A DNA stretch of 63,547 nucleotides, filler included. It is 9 parts of 9 records of this genome, joined end to end, with 100 filler letters (N's around TTAATTAATTAA, not from the genome) between each part and the next. Parts side by side here need not be neighbours in the genome. Positions count along the whole stretch, not along the records: positions 3,754 to 16,664 come from SRR7504441_7523; positions 16,765 to 24,308 come from SRR7504441_7525; 7 more parts are not named here. One strand, 5' to 3'. The translations under genes and the position numbers were made by a program. The notes under the pieces were generated by a model that made no database searches, was not told the origin of the DNA, and was given only the letters and a program-made list of their open reading frames with translations. Each line of letters begins with the position of its first letter. The stretch's first letter is position 1. This document shows positions 11,059 through 23,760 of the stretch, piece by piece.

Positions 11059-14000
11059 ATGGCTGGCCACCCGGCCGGCCGGCAGCGGTCTGGGCTGGCC
11101 GGCCTGAGCAACCAAGGGGCCACCTGCTACCTCAACTCGGTGCTGCAGGCCCTGTTCCTGGTGCCCGAGCTGCGCACCGGACTGTACGCCCTCCCGGACT
11201 CGCAAGCCGACAGCCGGCGGCTCATCTGGGGGCTGCGCCGGCTTTTCGCCCGTCTCGAGCTGCTGGACGCGCACTACGTCTCGACTTCGGAGCTGACCAG
11301 CGCGTTCAACTGGGGGAGCGCCGAGGGGCTGGTCCAGCACGATGTGCAGGAGCTATCACGGATTCTGCTCGACGGTCCGGCTGTGGCCGCCGCCAGGCTC
11401 ACCCGCGGGCCAGGGCTGGAGCAGCAGCTCGAAGGGACTGTCAGCCACGGGCTGGTGCAGGTGCGCCGCTCCCGGACTGGCCTGACCCGGGGGCGGCAGA
11501 GCGTGTTCGGCGGGCGGTTGGAATATTGCACCTCGTGCAGCCGGTGTGGGGGGACCAGCGCCCGGGCCGAGCCGTTTCTGGACCTCCCAGTGGGCGTGCA
11601 ACCTGAGCTCGAAGCTGGGTTGGCGCGCGAGTTCGCGGACGAGCGGTTTGAAGGGGCCGACCAGTATATGTGCAGCCGGTCTGGCAGCCGGGAGCTGACC
11701 GGCGTGCAGGTGTGACAGGTGTGGCCGGAAGGTGGACGCGGTGAGGACCACGCGGATCGCCAGCCTGCCCAAGGCGGCCCAGACAGGCGGCCCGGGCTCA
11801 GTCTGGGGCAGGTGCTCACCGTGTCGCTCAAGCGGTTTGAGTATGACTACAGCTCAGAACAGCGCCGAAAAGTCTCCGCAGCGTGCCGCTGCCCAACCCA
11901 GCTGGATCTGTCCCGATTCAGCGCCGAGGGAGCCGGACCGGCGGTGTACGACTGCGTGGCTATGATTATCCACAGGGGCGAGGCCCAGTCCGGGCACTAC
12001 CACGCGTATATTAGAGACGTGTCGGGCAAAGGGGTTTGGTTCCACAGCAACACAGCCGGTCGGCCGGTGGACACGGCGCTAGACGAGCCGCTGGCGGCGT
12101 TGATGGCTGCTATGGAGCCCGGGGAGCTTACGAGCATCGCGGAGCTCGAGCCGTGCTGGACTGACCAGCTCGAGACTCGGTTCGGGCCTCTGCGACAGTT
12201 TGTGGCGGTGTGTCCAGTCGGTGGTAGGGCGCTCACACGGGGGACAGGAGCACCCGGAGCATCTGGGCAGCCGTGACGGCGGGGTGTGGCTGCGTGGCGC
12301 TGACGAGCATCTGGACTTTGTGCAGCCGGAGCCGGGTGAACAGCCTAGCGGTGACTATTGGTTTGACTTCAATGACGTGGATGTGACCCCAATCAGCAGC
12401 GCGGCGCTTCAGCGGCTGTTCGAGGGGTCTGAGGGTGGGTACATGCTAGTGTATCGCCGGACAGACATTAGGCCCAAATTTGGGCAAGTACCGGCGAAGC
12501 TCGGTGCCCAGATTGCTGCAGAGTCAGCTGAGCTGCAGCGACTGAGGAGCAGCCGAGCCCAGTCCACTGTGTTTCGACTGGGATCGTCGGCCACCATCAG
12601 ACACCGGCTGGTTCACTCTTCAGACCAGCAGGGGGACTGTGTGGTGGCTGTGCCCCAGCATGATGGGAGTGTGCTCTGTGGAGAGCTGACCGCACTGGTG
12701 GGTACTGAGCTCGGTGAGGATTCGGTGCAGCTTTACCAGCTCGAGAAGGTCGAAGGCCAGTGGGCAGGCTGCTGGTGGCATCCTGTGAAGCGGCTCGACA
12801 CGCTACCTAGCGACACACGCTGTTCACCTAGCACGCTGCTTGCAGTCGAGGGCACGGGCGCGCTAGATTGTGGGATTGGGCCTGATGAGGCGCCATTGCT
12901 AATCAAGTTCTTTGCTTTGCCGGGGACTGGCAAGTTGCGACCGCTTCTGGTGAGCTGGGACGCTGACTTGCAGCTGCTCAACAATGCACTGCACGAGCTG
13001 ACATCGATCGAGCCGGCTGCACAGCGGCTGTTTGTGTGGCGCTCGTCGAAGCTCAAGAAGAAGGCGTCGCCGACTGCAGTACCATGGCAGCAGCTGGGCA
13101 GCAAGCTGGCCGGACTGGGGCTGGTGGCTGGGTGCGAGTTCTCTGTCGAATCGGCCCAGCTGAGCGTGCCACTTGCGATGGCTGAGTACAACCACCGCCG
13201 CGAGAGCATCTCAGTAGTAGTGTGGCACGGGGCAGGGTCGGTAACGCTGGTGCCCGCAAAGCGCACCACAGTGGCTGAAGTCAAGATCGAGGCAAAGGCG
13301 CAGCTGGGGCTGGAGGGTGATGCACGACTGCGCCAGCTTCCAGCCGCTACGCGCTTCTCGATCGGCCGTTTGCTTGTTGACGAAACTCTGGAGCTACAGC
13401 AGGCGGCAAACGATGGAGCTGCGCTTAGGCTTGAGTTGGTGCCGCTCCCGGCTGAGGGCAGTGTTGCACTGCAGTGGTATCACCGGACGGCTGGGTGGGA
13501 CTTCGAAGCAAACCTGGCAGGCGACTCGGAGCGGTCTGACTTGGCAGAGCTCGAGGTGCGAGATGATTGTGCACTGATGGAGCTAAAGCAGAAGATGGCT
13601 GATGCGGCTGGGCTTGATGTGAATTGTGTCCGGTTGCGCCGTGCTGCTATTGATGAGCACGGCACCCCCGGAGCCCTCTTGGACGAGGCTGCCACGGTAG
13701 GCCGAGTGGGTTTAATGACAAATGATTTGGTCTGTCTGGAGGAGGGCACCCCTCCGGTGCGTGGACAGCTCAGCCTGCGGGTGTCTGCTTGCCTGGCTGT
13801 CCTCTGAGCTTGATTAGGTGCACTTGATGCGACACGCCGTACTCGAAGTACCGGAGCTGCCGAACTGCACTGTGCAGCACTCCGAGGAATGCACTTATGT
13901 CTACACCCAGGTGATGGCCGGTTGAGTTGTCCACTGAGCGCCTCTGCAGGAAGTGCACGATGCATGCACGCTCACCGAACTCAAGGCCATGATTGCTGCT

Positions 14001-14726
14001 GCTGAACCCTTTCGGAGCGCGCTCGAGCGGCTGCTGGGGCTGCCCGCGAGGCAGGAATGGCACGACTGCCCCGAGGAGGATCTTGAATGGCACGATCCCT
14101 TCGAGTTGCCATCCGAACTGTTCCTAAGAGTCCAGTTGCATCCGTCAGGGCAGGTGCTCAGGAGTAGCCAGAGCACGATTAAGGACCAGCCGAAGGCTGT
14201 GGTTGCGCACATAGCCGCACTAGCAGTGAGCGTGCTAGCAAGCCCCGAGCGGTTGTCTGCCAACAACTCAGTGCTGCTGCGAGCCGGGCTGCGCCAACCT
14301 AGCGGTCACTACGGCAAGACAGTAATGGTCATGATGGACGCTGGCTCGGCGGCCCTGTCTAGCGCCATGCTGGTGGAGGCCCTGGCCCGTGTGTTTGGGA
14401 TTCCAACCGATGTGGTGTTGCTTGCTAAGCGGGAGGCCCCGCCGCGTTGGCGGGTGCTCAGGCAATTGGCGGCCTCGCCCAAGAAGAAAGGCCGGAGCCG
14501 TGGAGGTGGCGGCGCAGCGAATCGTGTGATTCCGAACGTGACCAAGCCACCATGGAGCATCTGCGATGGGGTGTTTATTGCAGTGAAGGACCTATCGCTG
14601 GAGGCCCAAGAACGCGAGGAAGAATTCTTCTCAGCTCAAGACTTGGCTGCCTTCCCAAACTTGCCCCGTGCAAACGGCACCTCACCGGCCAGTAGAGAGG
14701 AGGCCAAACTCATGATCAATTTTTAA
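11059..14726 (+). CDS. USP40: Ubiquitin-specific protease, USP40-like, with C-terminal ubiquitin-like repeats; ~7 introns
   Basis: Cys box GLSNQGATCYLNS, QHDVQELSRILLD, LKRFEYD, His box IIHRGEAQSGHYHAYIRD, WFDFND, GYMLVYRR; GC-AG intron 11774-11811. Confidence 0.82.
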
Positions 14727-15257
14727 TCGACTTCGGATCCGGAATCTTGAAATCACACGTGTACATGGGTGGCAGCTTGGCACCGTGGGCTAGCTGTAGT
14801 TAACGAATCCTGATAATAATTCTTACGTAACTTAAACATTCTAAAGATCAAAACCATCGAACTGTCACGGGTCCACGGTCGCACGGTCGCATGGCTGCTG
14901 TGGCATGTCAATCTATTTACTCGTATGCCTTACTTGTTGCTAACGTGTTTCGCAATGATTAAAAGTAGCTATGTTTCGAGATCGCATGCGGTTAGTCGGC
15001 CGCTCCCCTTGGCCCCGGAGCCCGTGCACAGAAGTCATTTAGCGGATAATTGCCCAAGTCTTGTGTACAAGCGTGGCGGCCTGATTCGTCTTCAGATTAT
15101 TCGACGTCATCATTACGTGGATCATAAAGATCATTAAGGGATTCTGCGGCTTGCATGCCAGACAAGGCGCTTTCCACGAGAAAGCGCTTGATTACATGGT
15201 TGTCACCAGGCGATCTGCATGCTTCCGGAACGGTTAACTAGGAGCTCCTGATGGAGC

Positions 15258-16544
15258 TCACGGGTGAATGACGCTCTCTAGAGCAAAGCAGCCTTCCACT
15301 GGCGTTCTGCAGAACGGGCACAGCGAGCTGCCTCGGCTAATCTGGTCCATGCAGTGCTTGCAGGCACCCCTGTGCAGACAGGGGTAGAGAACCACCAGGG
15401 ACATGTCGTCAGAGAGGCAGATCTTGCACTGGCTCACGTTGGCTGGTTTGCCAAACAGGGTCAGATGCAGCTGCGCCAGCGTCCAGAGGAGCGTGCGCCA
15501 AAGCAGTGTGGACAGCTCACCCAGGAGAATCATCACGATATATCCGAGGCAGCCGACATCGAGGGCCGACACTGCGCAACCTGTTAATGGCGGCAGAATG
15601 AGGGCGAGCAGAGCAAGCGCCCGCCATGGATAGCTGATAGGAGTCCCGTCCACCAGAGTGGTCGGGGGCGGTTCAACGATTAAAGTATTAACAACGGCGT
15701 AGAAGATAGCCAGTGCAATCATGGCATCTCGAACAGTGGTCGGCAAGAAGATGGCAACGAGCAGTGGTAGTCTCATCCAGGTCTGCAACAAGTTGACCTT
15801 GATCTCGTCATCGAACTCGCGACGAAGCACGTAGATGCTAAAATTCTCATGAATCGTGACGCAGAACGCAAGAAAGATAATCCATGCAATGACGCCCCTC
15901 AGGCCCAGCGTAAATGCGACAAACTGCGTGTACAAGGTAGGCAGTCCCTCCAAGAGGAAAAGATAGATCCCACTGAGCCACAGAGTGCTCGGCAAGCACA
16001 CACACGACAGAAGTTCTCCACACACACTGACGAGGTTGAGGTCCAACACAATCATCAGGGCCAAGATCGGCGACCGCCACAGGTCTCGCTTCGGCAGTCC
16101 CTCCAAGAGGAAAATATAGATCCCACTGCGCCACAGAGTGCTAACCATGAACGGGCACACGATCGACAGAAGTTCTCCAGGCTCGTATCGAGTCACGCGG
16201 CACCAGTCATTCTGGCCATCCTGAGTCGCCACCCTCCCGAGCGCCCAGCTGACTGGCCGGATCATCAGCTCAGGGACTGCGGCCAGCCCGGCGGCGGCGG
16301 CGTCCCGCAGGAAGGCGGCGGGGCCGGGTATGAGCGAGCCGTGGAATGCGTGCCCCGGGGAGGGCGGTCCAGCATCCGGGTACAGCCTCGGATGGCCGGG
16401 CAGGGCGGGGCGTGACAGCTGGAACCAGAGGAAGTGCAGGACGATCACGAGCACGGTGAGCAGGACCGCGAGCAATGGGCAAAGAGCTCGAGCATGCTCC
16501 TTGACCCCTCCGGCAACCAAGCGCGCGTCGTCAGTCGTCAACAT
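15258..16544 (-). CDS. Multi-pass membrane protein with C-terminal RING-HC finger (putative E3 ligase), intronless
   Basis: CKIC..PCLH..CKHC..CPFCR; many hydrophobic helices; internal 153-nt-period duplication. Confidence 0.82.
   Translation of the reverse strand: MLTTDDARLVAGGVKEHARALCPLLAVLLTVLVIVLHFLWFQLSRPALPGHPRLYPDAGPPSPGHAFHGSLIPGPAAFLRDAAAAGLAAVPELMIRPVSWALGRVATQDGQNDWCRVTRYEPGELLSIVCPFMVSTLWRSGIYIFLLEGLPKRDLWRSPILALMIVLDLNLVSVCGELLSCVCLPSTLWLSGIYLFLLEGLPTLYTQFVAFTLGLRGVIAWIIFLAFCVTIHENFSIYVLRREFDDEIKVNLLQTWMRLPLLVAIFLPTTVRDAMIALAIFYAVVNTLIVEPPPTTLVDGTPISYPWRALALLALILPPLTGCAVSALDVGCLGYIVMILLGELSTLLWRTLLWTLAQLHLTLFGKPANVSQCKICLSDDMSLVVLYPCLHRGACKHCMDQISRGSSLCPFCRTPVEGCFALESVIHP
15940..16142. 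repeat. Intragenic direct repeat (15940-15989 vs 16093-16142)
   Basis: 48/50 nt identical; encodes STLWxSGIYxFLLEGLP twice. Confidence 0.92.
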
Positions 16545-16664
16545 AGCGCGTCAAACCCGAGCTGGCCCAACGTGTGGAGAACTCTCTTTTCAAACATGGA
16601 GGGACGCCGGGTGGGCTTTGGGGGAGGGATGTCGCGGTGGTCGCCGGGGGCTGCAGCGTGCTAG

Positions 16665-16764
16665 NNNNNNNNNNNNNNNNNNNNNNNNNNNNNNNNNNNN
16701 NNNNNNNNTTAATTAATTAANNNNNNNNNNNNNNNNNNNNNNNNNNNNNNNNNNNNNNNNNNNN
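16665..16764. other. Artificial contig linker
   Basis: N44-TTAATTAATTAA-N44. Confidence 0.98.
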
Positions 16765-16810
16765 GCGAGCAATGATTATTCCGTCAAGCATCTAGAAGAT
16801 CAATTTATCA

Positions 16811-19205
16811 TTATTCGTCCAATCGGATGGCTCCATAGCCTTTCTCCACATCCGACGCTCGCCCTACCATCGCATTTTCACTATTATTGTTGCCCACATA
16901 AGGCGCTGGCCCAGGGTAAGGCGAGGTATCGATCGCCTCTTCTGGACTAAATATGAACTTACTAGCCTCTGAGTATCCGGCCTCATCCGCCTGAGGCTCA
17001 GACGGGTCAGAGCTCCACAATCCCTAGTCACATAACCCAGTCAGAACCCTGACGGATGGCAAGGGGGCGACACCTTGAGGTCAGACACAAAGTCATGCAC
17101 CGCCAGGTTGTCTCCCAGTGCCGAGCCAGAGGTCGGAGCCCCGGGAATAGCCCGATAAGTCACACGCCACTCCACCGGCGGGAACACAAAGAAATGGATG
17201 ACAGCGGCAATGAACATCTCGATGCAGATCAGAAAGTTCTGGATGGCCGGAACATACTGCCTCTGCCAGGCCAGCGCAGTCAGAGCCATCAGGGCCAGGG
17301 GCGCACATCCAAGATGCCGAGTTGCCCGAATGTGCCTAACGTGGTGCTTTGCCAGTAAGTCATAAACACAACACCCTTGATGCACAGAAACTTGGGCCAA
17401 GGGCTGCACCTGCGGCGGCGCTGAGTTGCCGCGGCGAGATGCCCGGTCACCAGAGCAGCTCGGGCGACATGGCGTGATAGAACTTGAGCAGCCCGTAGAA
17501 CGCGATAGCCGTGGAGGTGTTCAGCGCCACCGACACCCAGAGCAGAGGCAGCCGCCAGTTGTAGCACTGCTCCTCGCCAAACTTCTGTGACAGGAACACC
17601 AAGCTGATAGCAGCCACAGGCTTGACAAAAACAAACTGCCCACCGCTGGTCAGCCGCTCGCCAGTGGGCGGCACGCACCTGCATTGCGCACACCCTGCAA
17701 CGTGCCAACACGCGCGCTGCAAACATCCGCGACGTGTCGGAGCTGCCAGAGCAGTAGCAGAGCTGGAACGGCATCTGCAGCGAATCGCTGCGTGACGAGA
17801 GCAACTGCACTACCTGAGCGGCACAGTGACCGCCTGAATCTGCCAGCAAGGCGCACCTTATCGTCGTCGCCGTCGCCCACAATCGCAACCATCATTGCGA
17901 AGAACATGTAGATCACGTAGGCCTCGTAGAAGTCCCTCAGCAGGCCCATCCCTGTCCGCACTCACAAGCCCCAACCGCGCGCGGCACCGGTGGCAACGCC
18001 TCCTCCAAACCCATTCTCGTCCGAGCTGCCGGAGACAGTGAGAGCTAGCGTCAGCCACGAGGTGAACGCGTAGATCGGGACCATCCACAGGATCGACAGT
18101 ATCTTCCGCTGGACCTGTGCACCCACAGCTGAGCCGATGGCCCCAGCCCAGCCGGCACCATCGGCTTCTCGAACTCTTGCAGGTGGCGCGCCACGTGTGC
18201 GATCGCAATCACGCAGGCGAGCAGGGCGAACATGCCGGCCAGGTGGTCAACCATGAACTGCTGCTGCGACTTGAACTGGTGCTGAGTCACATTAAACCGG
18301 AACTGCGTAGTCTCCTGCCGCCCAGTCAGCACACTGCCGCTATTCGGAGCCCGACCTCTGTGTCGTCTAGAGCATCCTCGACCTTCTCTACCTTCCTGTC
18401 GATCTGGCTGTCGGCGCTGTTCACCTTCTGAGCCATCTGATTGGTCACGTCTGTCAGATCCTGATTCACTTCAGTACGGAACTGGGCCATCTGCTGCTTT
18501 GTCTTGTTGAACCCGAACTGCGTACTCGCCTGCGGCCCAGTCCATCAGCTGCCAGCACGACAGCAGCAGCCCGACCTGCGTGTCGTCCAGCGCATTCTCC
18601 ACCTTCTCGACCTTCCTGTCGATCTGCGCATCGGCGCTGTTCACCTTCTGGGTCATCTCGCTGGCGATGTGGGACAGCTTCCCGTTCATCTCGCCCCGGA
18701 ACTGCTCCAGCTGCGCGTCGTCCTGCGCGGCCTGCTGCCGCAGCTGCTGGGCAGTCCACTCCTTCACCGCCTGTGCCGCCGCATCGGCGTGGTCGTTCAC
18801 CGACTGCTGATCCTGCATCGCCTCCTGCAGCTGGGCCAGCCGCTTCTGGGCCGCCTGATCCACCCGGCTCTGGGCGTCGTCCAGCTGCTTGACGCGCTGG
18901 GTGACTCTGTCGGCCTGCCCGTTAAGCTTGGCCTGGAGCTGGGCCGACCAAAGGTTGAGTCCGGACATCTCGGACTGGAAGCTGGTCTTCTGCTGGTCCG
19001 ACAGCTGGTGCATCTTGCGCAGGCTGGCCTGGATCTGGTTGGCGCTCATCATATCCGCGTCCGAGTGCTTATCGAGCGAGACCGCCACGTACCCGAACAG
19101 CACAACGATCAGCAGCGTGTTGAGCCACTCGTGCATTCCGTGCCCCTGACGCCCGCCCCCCCGCTCCGGCCGGCCCTGCTCCACCTCCAGCTGCTCCACT
19201 TCCAT
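16811..19205 (-). CDS. TMEM184: TMEM184/OSTalpha-family transporter with extra N-terminal TM and coiled coil; ~8 introns
   Basis: Spliced motifs VQRKILSILWMVPIYAFTSWL, LRDFYEAYVIYMFF, QFVFVKP, PWPKFLCIKGVVFMTYWQ, IQNFLICIEMFIAAVIHFFVFP. Confidence 0.92.
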
Positions 19206-19309
19206 GTCGTATCTGCGAGACCCTACCAGTGGTGCTGCCGCGGCTGCTTCTTCAATCTCTTCTCAACGGCCGGGGCTGCCCTGGCGGGCAGTGGGGAGGG
19301 CAGCTGGGG

Positions 19310-22300
19310 ATGGGCAGCCGCCGGGAGGAGTTCCAGGACCTGCCAGACGATGACTTCCAGCTGCACCTGCCCGAGTTCTCCCAGGCCGAGTGCCTGGTCT
19401 CGCCGGAGCTGGCCGAGCTGATCGGGATAGAGCCCGGCCAAGTGCTCGAGATCATCCAGTGCGCCCCGGGCGAGAGCCCAGAGGAGCCGGCGCTGGACGA
19501 GACGGTGCACGTTGTGCTCCAGCTGACCGAGCCGCCCTCCAGCGGGATCCGGGGGGCGCTCTCGGTGCTCAAATCAGTGGCGGACGAGCTGCGGCTCTGG
19601 CCGCGGTACAGCACCCAGCTGCGGGCGATCCGGTCAGAGCAGCAGGCCGAGAGCTGCGGGCTGCAGCTGGACTTCCTGCAGCTCTCGTTCAAGGACCGGT
19701 TCATGTCCCGGTCGGACGCCTGGCGGTTCTCGCGGCACCTGGCCATGTCCACCCCGTACCGAAGCAAGAGGGTTCAGCTGCTCGGGATGTCGGCGCTGGT
19801 CCAGCAGCTGCTGATCTCGGCCGACAAGGCGTGGCCGAGCATGGTGGCCGACACGCAGCACATCCCGGGCGACCAGAACCCGGTGGTGTGTGGAGTGGTC
19901 ACCTCCAAGACTAAAGTCACCTTCCGCTCGCGCTCTTCGCACACGGTCTGGCTGGTCCAGATGTCGGCCGAGATGTGCCCCGGCTGATAGGTGCGCTGGC
20001 TGACCGGGCGGGCAGGTGGGAGTTTGACGAGCACCACAACCTCAAGTTTGAGTCGTTTGTCAACCACTTTGTGACGCGCGTGTTCGGCGAGTGGGCCGAC
20101 GTCGAAGCCAACCACTGCCTGTCGGTGGTCTTCTTCTCGAGGGTGCTGTACGACGGGCCGCTCGAGAACTGGCCCGAGCAGGTCCGCGGCCAGCTGCAGC
20201 AGGAGGCCGGCACCGAGCAGCTGTATCGCGACTTCTACAAGCTGGTGGTCCAGAAGGAGATCTTCAAGGAGCAGGAGTCGCTCCGCCGGCTGCTCAAGGA
20301 AGAGTTTGTCAAGTACCCCGACGCCATGCACAGCTGCGACCAGCCCAGCCAACCGGCCAGCGACCTGGCAGCCCCCGCGGAGAAGGAGAGCCCGGGTCCG
20401 GAGCCAGCGGACGCCGACCCTCTGAGTGAGGAGCTGGAGCCAGCTGAGCCAACGCGAACACCGGTCGGGAATAACTCGGCCGCCTCTGTGGGCAACTTCC
20501 TGGAGGCCACCAACCTGGTACTCAACGGGTTTGAACGCGCGTTCGTGGGCCGCGACTTGAGGCACACAGGCCAATCAATTGTGGTGGTTACCCCGGGCAC
20601 TGGAGTGTTCCATGTAGACTCCGAGCTGGCGCAGCTGACCAAGAATAGAATGGTGGACAACGGGACAGGCTGCGACTTGGTTTGCCTGGAGCACAAGCCG
20701 CTGCACGCTGTGGCGCTGTTTGTGTTCAAAGGGCACACTGCAGGTGAGCGGTTCAACATCCCAACTTGGATCCACGTCTCGTACTTCCAGCCGACCAATC
20801 CATACAGGAGCGCCATCAGCAGCCAAGGGTTTGTTCAGACCTGCCGGATGCCCCACACCCCTTCCGAGCCAGGGAGAGTGGTCCGGCTCCAGCATGCCGC
20901 CGAGGTGCAGGTCACTCCCAAGATCTCGCAGTTTGGCCGTCGTGGGACTCACCAGGCCTCCCAGTATCAGGCGCACGATGCGCAAGTGTTTACAGCCAGC
21001 TCGCCTCCTTCGTCCAGGATTCTGCGGGCTTCACCGTCGGAGGGCAACATTCAGAATCTGTTAGCAGGCGCCCAACCTGGGTCTGCTGTCCACAACAGAT
21101 CGGCGCGAGAGCTGCGCATATCACCCTCTGTGGGTAACCTGGGCAACTTGGGGAACTCTGCAGAGGCTGCTACTGCTTGGACTATGTCAGGCGAGACCCC
21201 AGAAAAACCCACAACTCCTACGAGTAAAGCGATCGAAGCGCCATCCTCAGCGCAGAGTATTAAGTCAGCATCAATTTTCTCACCAATCATGGAAGATTCA
21301 GCGCTGAGCAGTTCCACAGAGAGCGTATTAAAGAGCACGTCTGACAGCGAGTCACGGTCCCGGGCCTCCTCGAGCACTTCAATGATGTTCGATAATAAGT
21401 GGGCATCGAGATATGTCAACCCGTTCATGGCAGACGCTGAGAAGCGAGTGCACCATCGACACCGCGGCAACCAAGCCAAGCTAATGCGAAGCACATCGCA
21501 GCGGTGGTCGCATCTTCTGCCAGATCTGTCAGGGAGGCTGCACCACACGCAAGACTACAGCCCAAAGTGGGATTCACTATCACAGCCAGCGCTGCTTCCA
21601 CTGACTTCTAGCTTTTTCCCTAGCCAGGTGTGTCTATCTGTACAGATCTTTCTCTCAACTCGCTGCCAGGTTGACCTGGATCATAATTACCATGACTATG
21701 TGCACACTGTCTTCGCCATGGACTTTCATCTCTTCAACTCTCGTGCCCTGCTGAACGAGCTCATTTGTGCACGGCTGAGCAAAGACTTTCAATTAGTCCA
21801 CTCTCCAAACTATAACGATTCTAATCCTGACAGGGTATGCTGACTGTGTGAACTGGCCAGTTCATATGGATGGATAGGTTTATTTAGCTCTGGGCCATCA
21901 ATTCCATCGAATTGTTTACGACGAGGACTCGAATGAGATACAGGCAAGTTGGTGCCTATAACCACTGAGCCTTGTGCTAGGTGAAAATCTACCGGCGCAG
22001 GGCATCTGCAGGGATCAAAGCCCGGCGCTACCCTTACATGCTCTGGTCACACGAGTATGGACAGTATTGTCCCCACCACTTAATCATAGACTGCGTTTCA
22101 CATTACCGCGACGATGCCACTACACCAGGATACAAATGGAACAAATTGGATCAGCTGCTGCCAATGCACACAAACCTAGCAATTGATGGCCAGGACGAGC
22201 TCAACTTCAATCAGGTACTAAGCCCGTGAGTAGCTTGTGCATGAGTGGTCATTATGCCTGCAGGCCCACTATGTTGTGGTGCCACCGCAGTGTCCTGACA

Positions 22301-23760
22301 ACAATGATGTCTCGGAGGGGGTGCGCGCTATACCAAAGTAACATGGCTTGACTAAGCACCAGGTATGGCTGTTTGAGGAGTTTGTCGCATCGGTTTTCTC
22401 CGGTAATCTTCGTGGCCTGGAAATCGGAGAGCATAAGCTACAAGTGCAGGTGCATACGCTTTTTGGGGCCGATGGATAAGCCAGCTTTGCAGGTACGAGT
22501 AGAGCAAGCTCATGTAGATGCTGCCGTGCAGGCGGGCGAGCAGCTCCAGTTAGATATAGTGCGATCCAAGGAGGAGCTGTCCGAAGCTACCACGGAGCTT
22601 GAGGCTGCAGTGACTAGGAGTGCGCAGGCTGCGCTCGACGAACAGGTCACTCAGGAGGAGTGGCAGCTGAAGCAAGCACAATGCGAGGAGAGGGTCGTCC
22701 AATGGCGGAGGCGAATGGTTGCTGTGCTGCTCGTTTTGACCAATTGGACGAGTCTTGGGAGTACAGGCCACGTGGGAGAGCTGCAGGAGTTGCCGTTTGA
22801 GTTGCATCCAATGGTACAACTCGAGAACTTACTCGACCTGCAGAGTCAAATGAGTACACGAGTGGCTGCAATACGCGACGCAGAGCGAAGCTGCCGCGAG
22901 GCACACGAGCGTGCAGACAGGCAAGTCAATTCGCTCACTGCAGATCTGGTCCAAAAGGAAAAGGAGATCATTCGCATGAAGCAGCTTCTAGAGGTGTCAG
23001 GGCCTGGCCTATTCGAGATACGCTGAGGAGGTGTGACAGGAGACTCTTGTGTTGGCTCAGAATCCGGTCACTAAAGGCCAGGATCTGGGCCGTACGCGAC
23101 GAAGCAGCTCGAACAGTATGTCAGTATATTCGAATTGGCAAGATCTGTTTGCGTGGGGGAGTGTGCCCATTACTTCGACGATCATTCGCGTGGACCTTGC
23201 ATTGACTGCTGGCCGCTCAGAATGGATTCAACTGCGGTGGCGCTTGCCTCTGGCGCTGTGTGAGGGCTGGGTTGTCCAGGTATGAGAAGGAGGTTTCGCC
23301 CAACACTGTGTGGCATCTGGAGGTCCGTTGGTTGCTCTGCACAGGATTGTTTGTCCAGGAGCTCGTCAATCTTTTCTCTCGGTGGGCGTCAAACTGTAAG
23401 CTCAGCTTCTTCAAGATGCCGACCCAGGCCGATTTCAAGATGATCAACGGAGAGGCGTTCAGTCAGGTATATGAGCTGTCACTTGCAAGCAGTGCGGCAA
23501 CTCAAATGGTCGAAGAGTCGTTGAAGACAATGTTTGCATTCATGCTGTCTGGAACAAACTCATCAGTGATGCAAACCGAGTATGTACACCGCTCTGGCAC
23601 AGCATTAGTGCGGGTAGACCACAACAACAATGTATTGCTCTGGATGCCACATCGCCCGACTGCCGATGCAACCGATCGAGCTGTTGGGGTCGAACTCTTT
23701 CACGGCGTGCGAAACTTTTGTGACGAGGTCAATAAGAACTTCTCGCAATGGATCGGTTGA
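19310..23760 (+). CDS. DEPDC5: GATOR1 subunit DEPDC5/Iml1; ~9 introns; no DEP domain visible
   Basis: TKVTFRSRS, QMSAEMWEFD, YRDFYKLVV, GNFLEATNL, RDLRHTGQSIVVVTPGTGVF, WDSLSQPALLPLT, ELICARLSKDFQLV, YKWNKLDQ, CTD SEWIQLRY..WHLEVRWLLCTG. Confidence 0.93.

Noticed and set aside
14727-15257. Hidden gene or ncRNA in the 530-bp USP40/RING spacer
   Set aside because: The 70-aa ORF has atypical composition and no motif; no convincing RNA boxes or fold.
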